Of a stretch of DNA of 64,000 bases, positions 36,968-47,699 are shown one piece after another; position 1 is the stretch's first letter, and each line of letters starts with the position of its first letter. The notes under the pieces are model-generated. The model was not told the DNA's origin and made no database searches. It was given only the letters and a program-made list of their open reading frames with translations. The DNA lies in assembly GCA_008632985.1 (NCBI GenBank), contig QPGO01000047.1, positions 1 to 64,000 on the forward strand. Reading direction: 5' to 3'. The translations under genes were made by a program, and so were the position numbers. Source of the stretch: Psammoneis japonica. Taxonomy: Eukaryota.

Positions 36968-39628
36968 ATGTCAAAGTCATTCAGCGCGTTGAGCGTGCTT
37001 CTTGCTGCGGCTGTCAAGACTGTGAACGGTCAAGATGACTGCTACACGTCCACGTTCGATATTTTCCAAGCCCAAGCAGATCCAGATCTGACCGAATTCG
37101 TCATTTGCCCAGATACGCAGATTGACATTGGTATTCCAGCCAACCTAAACTTCACTCAGTTCGACGATGGAGATTTTCCTCTGGTTGCCATTAAGCCAGG
37201 AGTCACCATCAAGTGTGGGGAAAGTGGACAATCGTCGAACAACTGCATTCTGAATGGTGGCTTTGTGCAGTTCACAACTATCCCTGCGCTTCCAGATGCT
37301 CTTGGTGGAGGTTCTGTCGTCACAGACAATCTCCTCGTTCAAGGAATAACCTTTACTGGCGAACTTGCCAGTGCATTTAACCTTATTTCTCCTGGCGTAA
37401 GTCTTACGGCACCTGGAACAAATGTGGTCTTCGAAGATTGCGCCTTCCTCGATTGGACAGGAGACGTCGCTATTGGTGTTGGAGCAAATTCGCAATTTCC
37501 TTCCGCTGGTTTTATTGACGTAACCTTCAGTGGTATGTTGTTTGACCGCGTGACTTACTCAAGATTTCTGATTGGAGACTCCGATGATGGCTCCAAGTCG
37601 AAAATCACCGTTGAAAACTCCGGATTCAATGAAGTAAGTGTTGGACCGCCATCCAGTGCTTGTGGATGCGACGGCACGACAGTTGGTCTGTTTAGCTGTT
37701 TCGACGACAGCGAATGCGAGATCACAAACAGCTGCTTCAGAAAAGTCGAGTACAACGCTGCTCTTCTCTTGGCTGGATCCAAGGAAGCCACCATGTCTAC
37801 AAGTCACCTCTACGAGGACGAGTATTTCGGAGCCCAGACTGTCTTGTCTAAAGATACGAAATTTCTGTGCAAACACGGCCTGGGGTTTGACACAGTGCCA
37901 GACAACGACACTTTTGAGAAGTGTCTCGATCCGTTCGACGTTGACTATTGCCCATTGGAGCCATCACCGAAGAAGGTTGAAAAGAAGCCGCAGTACAAAA
38001 TCATTGGCCAGGAACCCAAGTATAAAAACATCAAAAAGTTCCGTTACCTTTACGACCGGAGAGAGCATTATGGAAGCAAGCATAAGGAGCCTCACAGGTA
38101 TGATGTTCTTGCTGCTGCTCCTACTCCTGCTGCTGTTTCGCGATGTGATGGTGCCTTACCAACGTTTCTTTTCTTTCCTTTTAATAGAGGGTATGAATAC
38201 GCAAAAGGAAAGGGGCATGTTGGTTATTACGACCATGGCTATTATGATGGCTATGGTTATGGTTATTATGACGACCACGAGTACTACGAAGCTAAGGGCT
38301 CTGGCGGCAAGAAGGGCGGAAAGGGCTCTGGCAAGAAGGGTGGAAACGGCGGAAAGAAAGGTGGTGAGGGCAAGGGCTATGAAGGAAAGGGCTATGCGTA
38401 TGCCAAGGGCAAGGGTTATGAAGGGAAAGGATACGTGTACGCCAAAGGTAAAGGATATGAAGGCAAGGGCTACGAGTATGCCAAGGGCAAGGGTTATGAG
38501 TATGCCAAGGGTAAAGGATATGAAGGCAAGGGCTACGAGTATGCCAAGGGCAAAGGTTACGAAGGGAAAGGATACGAGTATGCCAAGGGCAAGGGTTACG
38601 AAGGGAAAGGATATGAAGGCAAGGGATACGAGTATGCCAAGGGCAAGGGTTACGAAGGGAAAGGATATGAGGGCAAGGGATACGAGTATGCCAAGGGCAA
38701 GGGTTACGAAGGGAAAGGATATGAAGGCAAGGGATACGAGTATGCCAAGGGCAAGGGTTACGAAGGGAAAGGATATGAAGGCAAAGGATATGAGTATGCC
38801 AAGGGCAAGGGTTACGAAGGGAAAGGATATGAAGGCAAAGGATATGAGTATGCCAAGGGCAAGGGTTACGAAGGGAAAGGATATGAGGGCAAGGGATACG
38901 AGTATGCTAAGGGCAAGGGTTACGAAGGGAAAGGATATGAAGGCAAGGGATACGAGTATGCCAAGGGCAAGGGTTACGAAGGGAAAGGATATGAAGGCAA
39001 GGGATACGAAGGAAAGGGATACGAGTACGCCAAGGGTAAAGGATATGAAGGCAAGGGATACGAGTATGCCAAAGGAAAGGGCTATGAGTATGCCAAGGGC
39101 AAGGGTTACGAAGGGAAAGGATATGAAGGCAAGGGATACGAGTATGCGAAGGGTAAGGGTTACGAAGGGAAAGGTTACGAAGGAAAAGGATACGAGTACG
39201 CCAAGGGCAAAGGATATGAAGGCAAGGGCTACGAGTATGCCAAGGGCAAGGGTTACGAAGGGAAAGGATACGAGTACGCCAAGGGTAAAGGATATGAAGG
39301 TAAGGGCTACGAGTATGCCAAGGGCAAGGGTTACGAAGGGAAAGGATACGAGTACGCCAAGGGCAAAGGTTATGAAGGAAAGGGTTACGAGTATGCAAAA
39401 GGGAAAGGATATGAAGGAAAGGGATACGAAGGCAAGGGTTATGAAGGAAAAGGATATGAAGGAAAGGGATACGAGTATGCCAAAGGAAAGGGGTATGAAG
39501 GCAAAGGATATGAAGGAAAGGGATATGAAGGCAAAGGATACGAAGGAAAGGGGTACGAGTACGCGAAAGGAAAAGCATACGAAGGGAAGGGGTACGAGTA
39601 TCCCAAAGGAAAGGGGCCCGAGCACTGA
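36968..39628 (+). CDS. Secreted protein: Cys-containing N-domain + RXL site + Tyr-rich linker + ~400-aa GKGYE/YAK repeat tail; probable in-frame intron 38098-38187
   Basis: Signal peptide MSKSFSALSVLLAAAVKTVNG; ICPDT...IKCGESGQSSNNCILNGG domain; RYL at 38042-38050; repeats 38365-39616 with synonymous codon variation between units, indicating protein-level constraint. Confidence 0.88.
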   Translation: MSKSFSALSVLLAAAVKTVNGQDDCYTSTFDIFQAQADPDLTEFVICPDTQIDIGIPANLNFTQFDDGDFPLVAIKPGVTIKCGESGQSSNNCILNGGFVQFTTIPALPDALGGGSVVTDNLLVQGITFTGELASAFNLISPGVSLTAPGTNVVFEDCAFLDWTGDVAIGVGANSQFPSAGFIDVTFSGMLFDRVTYSRFLIGDSDDGSKSKITVENSGFNEVSVGPPSSACGCDGTTVGLFSCFDDSECEITNSCFRKVEYNAALLLAGSKEATMSTSHLYEDEYFGAQTVLSKDTKFLCKHGLGFDTVPDNDTFEKCLDPFDVDYCPLEPSPKKVEKKPQYKIIGQEPKYKNIKKFRYLYDRREHYGSKHKEPHRYDVLAAAPTPAAVSRCDGALPTFLFFPFNRGYEYAKGKGHVGYYDHGYYDGYGYGYYDDHEYYEAKGSGGKKGGKGSGKKGGNGGKKGGEGKGYEGKGYAYAKGKGYEGKGYVYAKGKGYEGKGYEYAKGKGYEYAKGKGYEGKGYEYAKGKGYEGKGYEYAKGKGYEGKGYEGKGYEYAKGKGYEGKGYEGKGYEYAKGKGYEGKGYEGKGYEYAKGKGYEGKGYEGKGYEYAKGKGYEGKGYEGKGYEYAKGKGYEGKGYEGKGYEYAKGKGYEGKGYEGKGYEYAKGKGYEGKGYEGKGYEGKGYEYAKGKGYEGKGYEYAKGKGYEYAKGKGYEGKGYEGKGYEYAKGKGYEGKGYEGKGYEYAKGKGYEGKGYEYAKGKGYEGKGYEYAKGKGYEGKGYEYAKGKGYEGKGYEYAKGKGYEGKGYEYAKGKGYEGKGYEGKGYEGKGYEGKGYEYAKGKGYEGKGYEGKGYEGKGYEGKGYEYAKGKAYEGKGYEYPKGKGPEH
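38365..39616 (+). repeat. Coding tandem repeat of 15-nt (GKGYE) and 9-nt (YAK) modules, commonly a 39-nt unit
   Basis: ggcaagggttacgaagggaaaggatatgaa...tacgagtatgccaag is reiterated throughout. Confidence 0.97.
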
Positions 39629-39796
39629 GAACGCGATCGGCAGGCACTCGAGAGCAAGAGCGAGACTCTATAGATTTTGAAAGAAAAAAAAAACAGCGCT
39701 CTGTGACTTACGTAATACATTTGAATGATACTCCTTGCTCTATTCAGTACCGTTGTAAACCTAAGTATATCTCACTTCGCCTTGGTGGTAGAAACT

Positions 39797-41722
39797 TCAC
39801 AGCCACGCCCTCTCCCACTCTCGTTCATACACGTAGACACCACGGACCTTCCAGTATGCCTCTTTTAGCTCATCTGGATCACTCTTGATGTACGAATTGC
39901 AAGTTTTAAACTTTTTTGCAATCTTGGGACAGTCCAATTGAAACCGATTGCCAGCCACGCTTCCGCAAAAAGCCAGATTAAACACCAATCGCATGTTTCG
40001 AAAATGGTGAGAAGGACAATCGGTTTCGTCACCTGCGCAAGAACGAAACGGGTGGAGTGTTGTAAGTCAGTGTGGAAATCCAAATTATTGAAAACATTCT
40101 CTGCTGCTGTCAGTGTCGCTCACCAATAGCAAAATATCCATAGGGCAAGTCCCACAAATCTGGGTCAGGCATGATGCGTTGTGTTTCATCCGGAGCACTG
40201 GCTGTCCGAATGGAGTCTTTTAGATTGTTGGGAACATTGCTGTGTGGAGAGAATACCCACGTACGGATCCGTCGAAAAATAGGGTCCCACTCCAACACGT
40301 ACACACCTCCTCCCTTTTCATTAAGTGGACCGCCCAGCGTACCGTTCTGAGATTCAACAGCGACACATCCCTGATTCAGCCATTGCTTGGGATTGTACAC
40401 AAAGCAATCGGTGGCATACCGCATGGTCATATCCGGCACCCCCGTCTTGGCATCTGGAATTCCGACCGCCTGACAATATGCACGAACTGGTGAGAATAAC
40501 AATAGCGAGAATAATAATTATCTTTCGCTACAAAAGAGCCGTACCGTATCCCATGTTCCAGTCTTGACGCCATACTCGGGAACATCGTCCATGGAGCAAC
40601 CCCGTGTGGAATGGAGTGCCGTTTTGGCGACGGATTGATAATTGACTCCCTCGACTATATCAATTTCACCGTTGATGGGCCAGTTGGCTTCGTCCGTAAG
40701 CCAAAATGCGGGCCACACACCTTGTTTCGAAAAAGAATCAAGAGCAACAAAAGGGTGGCACGCACAGAAATAATGAGTACGCATGCAATGCGGACAGCCT
40801 TTTAACAGCACGACCCTAGAACACAACAATCAACCAGATTGTACACTCGAAACTCACCACAACCGGCAGGCATGTGCCTTAAATCAATGACAAACAAACC
40901 TCGATTGAAGCGGCGCTTTCCTTCCAATCGAATTGAGTTTCGTGGACCGTTTGCCGTTGGAGACGATCCCATGTAAACAAATGGTTCTGTGGCATTTCCT
41001 TGACTCTTGTCATAAACATTTTCCGTGTCTTGTTCGAGTGTGACATTGAGAATGCCGAGTTGACTGGCCTCTGGCATTCCAACGTACGTGAGGTACCCAT
41101 TGGATCCAGCCGAGTCGCGTCCTTCATAAAAATTGTAAAAGGAAAAGAAGTCAATCCCTTCCTGTCGTTCTACCAATTGGTATGGCCCAATAGGTTGTCG
41201 TGGTGGGCCGACAAATTGTACACTCAAAAACGTCAACACCACAACCACCAGCAACGCCACACCCGCCAGAGAAACAAGCGCAATCAGCTTCTTTTTTGCC
41301 TTTTCTTCCTTTTCCAATTCTTCTGCTGCTTCTTCTTCTTCGTCTACTGCTTCCATGGCGAGCGCATCCGACATTAAATGAAATGATTTTCGGATAATTC
41401 GTTCTTCTTCTTCGGGATGACCCGCCGGTACTTGCATTAATCGCATCGAGAGTCGATCGGCTTCTCGCGCATGACGATCAAACATGGCTGCCTTTTGTTC
41501 CAACGTCATGGTATCCTCGTCGTCTTCATCATCGTCCATGACTGGAGTTGATACATGATCAAAGGGAGGCTTTCCCTCCATGGCGGCATAGTATCTTGAC
41601 GAATACATGTTATCAAACAGCGGAGTTGATTCATCCTGTTGGTTTGCATCATCGTCGTGTTGTTGCGAGAGAAAACCGTACGGCTTTTTGCCCTTTTTCT
41701 GCTCTTCTGGAATATCATCCAT
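39797..41722 (-). CDS. Membrane-anchored GH16 beta-glucanase/transglycosylase (fungal Lam16-like), 4 exons
   Basis: TM segment LIALVSLAGVALLVVVVLTFL; RNSIRL; HMPAGCG|VWPAFW; catalytic GEIDIVEG; GGGVYVLEW; VFNLAFCG. Confidence 0.9.
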
Positions 41723-42075
41723 GTTTCTGGTGATGCAGTGACACTTCTTATGAGTGCAATCAAGCTTGTTTCTGGACAATCAACTGATTTTGGGGGTTGC
41801 GAATGGCTCACGCAAAGATGAATTAGCGTTAGCGTCGTCGGGCGGAGCGCATCGTCGTCGTCGCATGCTTCGTCGCGACAAAAAAATCGTCATCGCGAAT
41901 CTATCGCGCCCATAACCCGGATTTTTCATGCAACGGTTGACGCACGTACGCACAATTGACGACGAAAAAGCATCACCGCCTGATAACGATAACATACAGT
42001 AGAAGTACAAAGATGATGCTCGCACAATTCGCTGTCACAAAAAAAAGACACAGTCAGCTTGAAATTGCAGCAACA

Positions 42076-43236
42076 ATGAAACGATCGTCGACTGCCGCAT
42101 CGAATAAGTCTGAAAAGAGAAAGAGAGTGCGTAAAAGTCTACCTGTAGTAGAGCGAAAAGGTCAAACGAACTCGGAAGCGGAGGCGGTTCGTGCTCTGGG
42201 AGCACTCGGAGACACCGCAACGCAAAACAACGCATCAGCCACACGTCGGAACAATGCTAGTGAAAACAACAACTTACAACCACTAAACCCAACAGAAGCC
42301 CAGAAAGAAGCTGTTGCCAAAGTAAAAATCTCTTACTGGGATAGTCGGGAAGCGAAAGCATTATTCAGGCCGCTCGAGAACGAAACAGTACAAGACGCCA
42401 TGAAGAGACGAGAAAAACTGTTTCAAGGCGTTATTCGAGACAATTCCACCTATCGATCCTTGTTGGATCCTGATGGTGGTGACGATGATCGACTCACACC
42501 AGCACATCAACAAAAGATTGTCACGTCGTGTCTTTTGCTCCGCAAGGCCTATGTTTTGCTTCGAGAAGGAGCGGATGTGAGAGTGGATATGAGTTGGGGT
42601 ACAGCTCGTACTCAAGCGGTGAATGCGGTGCAAGACTTGGGTATTCCGTGCTGCAATGCTAGTATTCTGAAACGACTCCATTGCAGCTTTGTCCGAAACA
42701 ATGACAAGTTTCGTCATCCCGTCAAAAAGAAAGACAACACGCCACAGGACCCTCCGTTCTTCAAGGCTCATCCTCAAGCCAAACAACAGTTTGTTTCGTT
42801 TCTGCAACAGCACGTGACGGGACGAGATGAGGAAAAGGGGCTGTTCATTATGGAGAATATTGATGGACGCAAAATGGCAAAGCACTTTACAGACGAGATT
42901 CTTGACTGTGTTTTGGAGCGGTACAATCAAGAGCAACTACAACTGCAGCAACAGCAGCAGCAGCAGATGCGGTACAATCCACAACAACCAAGCGAAACAG
43001 CAACACAACTCCCCCTTTCGCGAGAAGCCTTTTTGAATTTGTATGGTCTCAAGGGAAGTCCAACATGCATTCAAGAGTCAGTGTATCGATGGTCAAAGTC
43101 TTTTGGATTCAAGATTAAGCGAGACTACAGCAAATGCATCAATGGACATATGAAAAATAGGATGCTTCTGGAACAACAGCAACGCCAGCAACAAGAAGGT
43201 TATGATGAAGAAGAACAAGAAGAGGGCTATGAATAG
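42076..43236 (+). CDS. Hypothetical basic/Gln-rich protein (SYWDSxEAKxLF motif)
   Basis: Intact ~386-aa ORF with NLS-like KRKRVRK. Part of it has a decayed paralog at 51512-51600. Confidence 0.7.
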   Translation: MKRSSTAASNKSEKRKRVRKSLPVVERKGQTNSEAEAVRALGALGDTATQNNASATRRNNASENNNLQPLNPTEAQKEAVAKVKISYWDSREAKALFRPLENETVQDAMKRREKLFQGVIRDNSTYRSLLDPDGGDDDRLTPAHQQKIVTSCLLLRKAYVLLREGADVRVDMSWGTARTQAVNAVQDLGIPCCNASILKRLHCSFVRNNDKFRHPVKKKDNTPQDPPFFKAHPQAKQQFVSFLQQHVTGRDEEKGLFIMENIDGRKMAKHFTDEILDCVLERYNQEQLQLQQQQQQQMRYNPQQPSETATQLPLSREAFLNLYGLKGSPTCIQESVYRWSKSFGFKIKRDYSKCINGHMKNRMLLEQQQRQQQEGYDEEEQEEGYE

Positions 43237-43291
43237 GGGACTCGATTATTTAGGGATGCGTTGCTGCTACAAATTAATGGTGTCTAGCAAT

Positions 43292-46200
43292 CTAATTATT
43301 GCAAAGCGGCACAGCTGCTGCCTGCAAAGCAGTCATCATGCTCGCAACGGCGCTCCGACATTGGCCGACACTGATCCTCCACTTTTTGTTGGATCTCTTC
43401 AACTTTGCCGCATTCAAAGTGGCGCGTGCCTGTACCAGGACCCCGTCATCAAGAACACCAGTCTCCGATGCAGTGTTGATGAACTTTTCAAGCGCACTAA
43501 TGGCACACGTGCTTCCGCTTTTGCCAAGATTTTTTGCAAGGTCGGGATACGTCCGTCGCATTATCTCGATGTTTAACGCCGCCTGCTTCAGCTTGGTTAG
43601 GGATTCGGTGATTCTTCCCTGTTTTCGAATCAATCGCTTTGCAGAATTCACCTGTGATCTCGCTTCTTTGAATTTGCCAAACGAAGCAGAGGCGAACTCG
43701 CCACCAAATCTATGAAGGCAGCTACTCAACGTGCAGGCCACCTTATGAAAATCCAAAGGTAATGATTGGTTGAGCAACGTCTCGACGTAGACGACCGTGC
43801 ACTCATGGATAACCGCGTTGTCAGAAAGCGTGACATTCAAACAAACATTTACTTTGGTTCGGTCTGGTTTGGGAGTTAGCCCTCTGCAGGTAAGAAGCGG
43901 CCTGATCACCTGCGCATCGAGGAAAACGCACTTGCTATTATCGCTTGTCCAATGGTATCTGCCCCCATTTATCAAAAGGGTGTTTTTCAACGCAATAGGT
44001 TGGTTAAGCTTCCCTTCATAATTCCCAGATATGATACCGGCACAAAGGTAACGGTGACAAGAACAAGTACGGGCGTCCCAACTGGACATTGGCTCGTTTT
44101 TAACATCTCGAAAGTAGCTAGGGCCTTCAGAGCTTAGCACTGTAGCGCCGACGACTCCGGCAGGATTGTTTCCGACTGCGGGGTCCAGCAAGCAGTAGCT
44201 ATTTGATATCCCCCCTCCTCCATACCAATCACTTCCGCCAACCAATCCACCAGAATGTCCAGAACATCTTACACTACCGAATGCAAAGCATTTACTGATA
44301 ATGCTAGTTGAGCCGGCGGCGCCGACCAAGCCACCGCAAGAGCTAACCGTTTCATTTCCATTCACAGTGACACCTCTTGCGCTACTCTGATGGATATCAG
44401 AGCCTTTGATCCCCCCAACAAGACCACCCACATGGGATTGGCTGCCTTTGACTGTCCCACCATACACATGGCAACAAGCGACTCTGGTATTGCTTCTTCC
44501 ATAGTTTCGAGTATCCCCAAGCATTCCTCCAACCAAGCCACCAACTTCACTATCGCCGTTGACAGTAGGATTATGTACCGTGACATTATGAACCCAACCG
44601 AAACTATCAAGGAACCCAACCAGTGCCCCTACTTGGTGTTTTCCTACAACATTTGGGTTCCTGAGGACAAGATTTCGCACCTCTCCTGCATGCTGAATTC
44701 GGCTAAATAAGCCTACTCCGTTGGTCAAGAGATCGTTCACTTGTATGGAGTTCAAATCATTGATTGTATGCCCAAGCCCGTCAAACGTTCCAGTCAATAA
44801 AGGAATGGGGAAGAAGTTATCACCTGGGTCAGCTTGAATATCATTCATCAAAACGTAGTGCCTGTCATGCCCAAATTCTGCAACAGCCCCAACATTCTTA
44901 AGGTCTTGGTACGTGAATATTTCGCAGGGATTCGTGTGCCCTCCGCAGCCTTTCGCGAAGCTTACTTTCGTTATTGGTGCTTCGCTAACGTTGTTGGCGA
45001 AGATTTCGACATTTATACAGTGTTGCAAGGGAGCTCGATCACTAAACCTGACGTTCAAGCATACTTTTACAAGAGTAAGGTTGTCTTTCATATCGCTGCA
45101 AGTAAGGTGCGGATGGACGATTCTAGTGTTGTCGAAGGCGCAGTTGCCATTGTCAATAGTCCACTTGACGCGTCCGCCCGCAGTGTTGATAGCGTCATCT
45201 AAAGGGATAGGCAATCCCTCACCACCCCTGTAAGACTCGCCGGCATAAGCTACCTTTTCTCTTGCAATGGCTACAATAGCAATGTCCCTAGTGATTGTTC
45301 CGTCAACAAAACTGGCCTTCAAGCTCGCTTTGACAAAGATAGGGTCGTCCTTGACGCCTCTGCAGGAAAGATTGGGGCGCAGAATGTTGGGGTTGGAGAA
45401 CGAGCAATTGTCGTTGTCGGCAGTCCAAAAGTAAGTAGCCGCGGCGGAGGAGGTCGCCTTGTTCAGCCGGATAGGTGTGCCGGGCTCTCCAATGTAGGGT
45501 CCTTCGGCCCTGACCTCCAGAAGGCACTGAATATGTGCTGGGTGGGAATTTCCTCCAAAGGCCCAGACGTCACCATCCCATCCCGACATTGGTTCATTGT
45601 CAGGACTAAAGAAGTAGCTGGGATCTCCAGAGATGACTTTGGTGCCACTGAAACCGGGACTTCGGTTACCAACGGCAGGAGCGACCGCGCAATATGCGTT
45701 CTTGAGAGGATTCGAGTCGTCATTGTGTTCGATCGATCCAATTAGGCCTCCCGATCGATATGCGGAGACTGTGCCTACCGCGTAACTGCGATTCACGAGG
45801 AAACTTCTCCGCACATAGCCAAAGAGTCCACCGGCAGCAAACTCTAGCCTGCCATTCCTGACTTGCAAAGCACTCGCATCTACTTGGGTGTAGCAGTCCG
45901 ATACCTTTGAATTGTCTTCAGAGTATCCTACTAAACCACCAACACTACCCTTGAGACAGGAGACGGTGCCCGTCGCAAAGCAATTTGTGATACCAGCTTC
46001 ATAGACGTATCCAATCAAGCCACCACACCTACTATCCCGCTCTTCAAAATCGTGTGGCTTCTGCCCGCTTCTCACGTCCACTAGTGTGGCACTGCATTTT
46101 TCAATGTCGGCTTCCCGCAAACTTCCGACAAGCCCACCAGCACTGACAGCAGTTCTAGTGCTCGTGATCGAGCCACCACGGACATGGCAGCATGACAGAG

Positions 46201-46895
46201 TTGCGTGTCTCAACTGCCCGGCAAGTCCACCAGCGGTTTTGCCGTTAGACAGAAAAGGAATTTTCGTGTTGACAATACGAGGGTTATCAACCTGGACATT
46301 CGTTATAGAAATATTCCCTCCTTCGCCAAATCCAATGAGTCCTCCAGCATATTGGTCAAATGCTTTCACAGTTGGATTTTCTACAATGATGTTGTGAATT
46401 TTCGCATTGCCGGTGACATGCCCCGCCACCGCACCAACGTGCCCCAAGCCGATCTGAAGACGATGTTAACCGAACGCCAGAGAGTGAGAAACCTTATCCA
46501 AGCATTTCAGGCAAACAAAAAGGATGACCTACCACCGTAGGGCCCCTAAGAATCAGGTTGCTGATCTGAGCATTGTCTCCAACGGATCCAAACAGACCTA
46601 CGTGATTGAAATATTGGCGATCAATGTTCAAATTGCGAATACCTCTCCCATTCCCGTTAAAGATTCCTGTGAACTGGTTATCGATCTTCCCGATCGGTTC
46701 AAAGCTCTCACCACCAGGCATACGGATGTTGTTGATCAAAATATAGCTTTTCCAAAGTCCGTTGCTCGTGACCTTCTCCAAGTCCTTGTAATTGTGGATT
46801 TCGCAAGGGTCGGTATTCTGCTTCCCGCAGCCAGTCTTGAATTTTGCCATTGCAGGCATCACCATGGAGCTGATTAGCGCGAGGAAGTATCCCAT
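43292..46895 (-). CDS. Large secreted GLUG-motif/PKD-like repeat protein; intron 46454-46532
   Basis: Signal peptide; two modules GCG..T(D/N)PCEI...Y.L.N.I...F.PI...TG.F.G.G..I..L...VGLF; many (V/A)GGL(V/I)G GLUG motifs; three PKD-like GPY.G..G.PI.L...WT.DN..C.F....PxLxC units. GT-AG intron joins PTV|IGLGHVG in frame. Confidence 0.85.
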
Positions 46896-47699
46896 GGCAA
46901 AAAAATTCAAATTGCAGTTGCTTGTCATCTCACTCTATAGTTTTCTTGTCTTGCGTCTGTATCTGATCTGCAGATAAAGAAGAAAGGATTGGAGTTAGAA
47001 CCCGGGTAAGACCGATCTATGGAGATAAGAAATTGTGATTCTAACACCCATTCTCTTTTCTGTTGTGAAACCAAATTGCAGCAGAATAAGTAATCGGTAG
47101 CAACGCTTGTCGCAGCAACGAAAGTGAAACGCGTGAACGTCCAACGCGCCTCTTTCCGTCCAATCGTCTGAACGCGACAATGGCCCAAGCATTGACAAAG
47201 AAGTAAAGGCATGCTCAGTGCCGAAAGCTCAATAATTTAACACGAAAGAAGAGGTAACCATTCGCTTCTGCCGAAATCATGTGTCACAGCTGTCGCTGTC
47301 CCACTCGCCTTCAGGTTCTTTTTTTGTGTGTGTGCGCGGTGTTCATTTTGTGTTGTCTGCCGATGCGATTGATTCTCGTTTGTGTAACAGGGCAGTACTC
47401 GTTCGCTCTCTGATGGTGTTCTTTTTGGGACGCACTTAACAAAAGCTGTCACGGGGCTATTAAAAATGATAAAATCTACAGCGAGTAAACGTCATCGACA
47501 TTCTAAACACTTATTGTGCGTAGATTGTGGTATCGATTCCACTGAAAAGAGAGAGAAAAATCGAACCCGCCTTTTCCCATTGTTCCCTTGCATCGCATCC
47601 AATGTTTTAAATGCTTGTGTCATCATCACGCCATCTTGCCTCCTGCGAACGACCCACATCTGATCCAATGCCTCCACTTCCAAGTTCACCCCCATGCAC

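Noticed and set aside
38365..39616. Possible CRISPR-like or satellite array
   Set aside because: No unique spacers; the repeat is an in-frame coding repeat in a eukaryotic gene.
37638..39680. 680-aa alternative-frame ORF and 489-aa hydrophobic antisense ORF over the GKGYE repeat
   Set aside because: Shadow ORFs of a stop-free tandem repeat. Synonymous variation preserves only the GKGYE frame.
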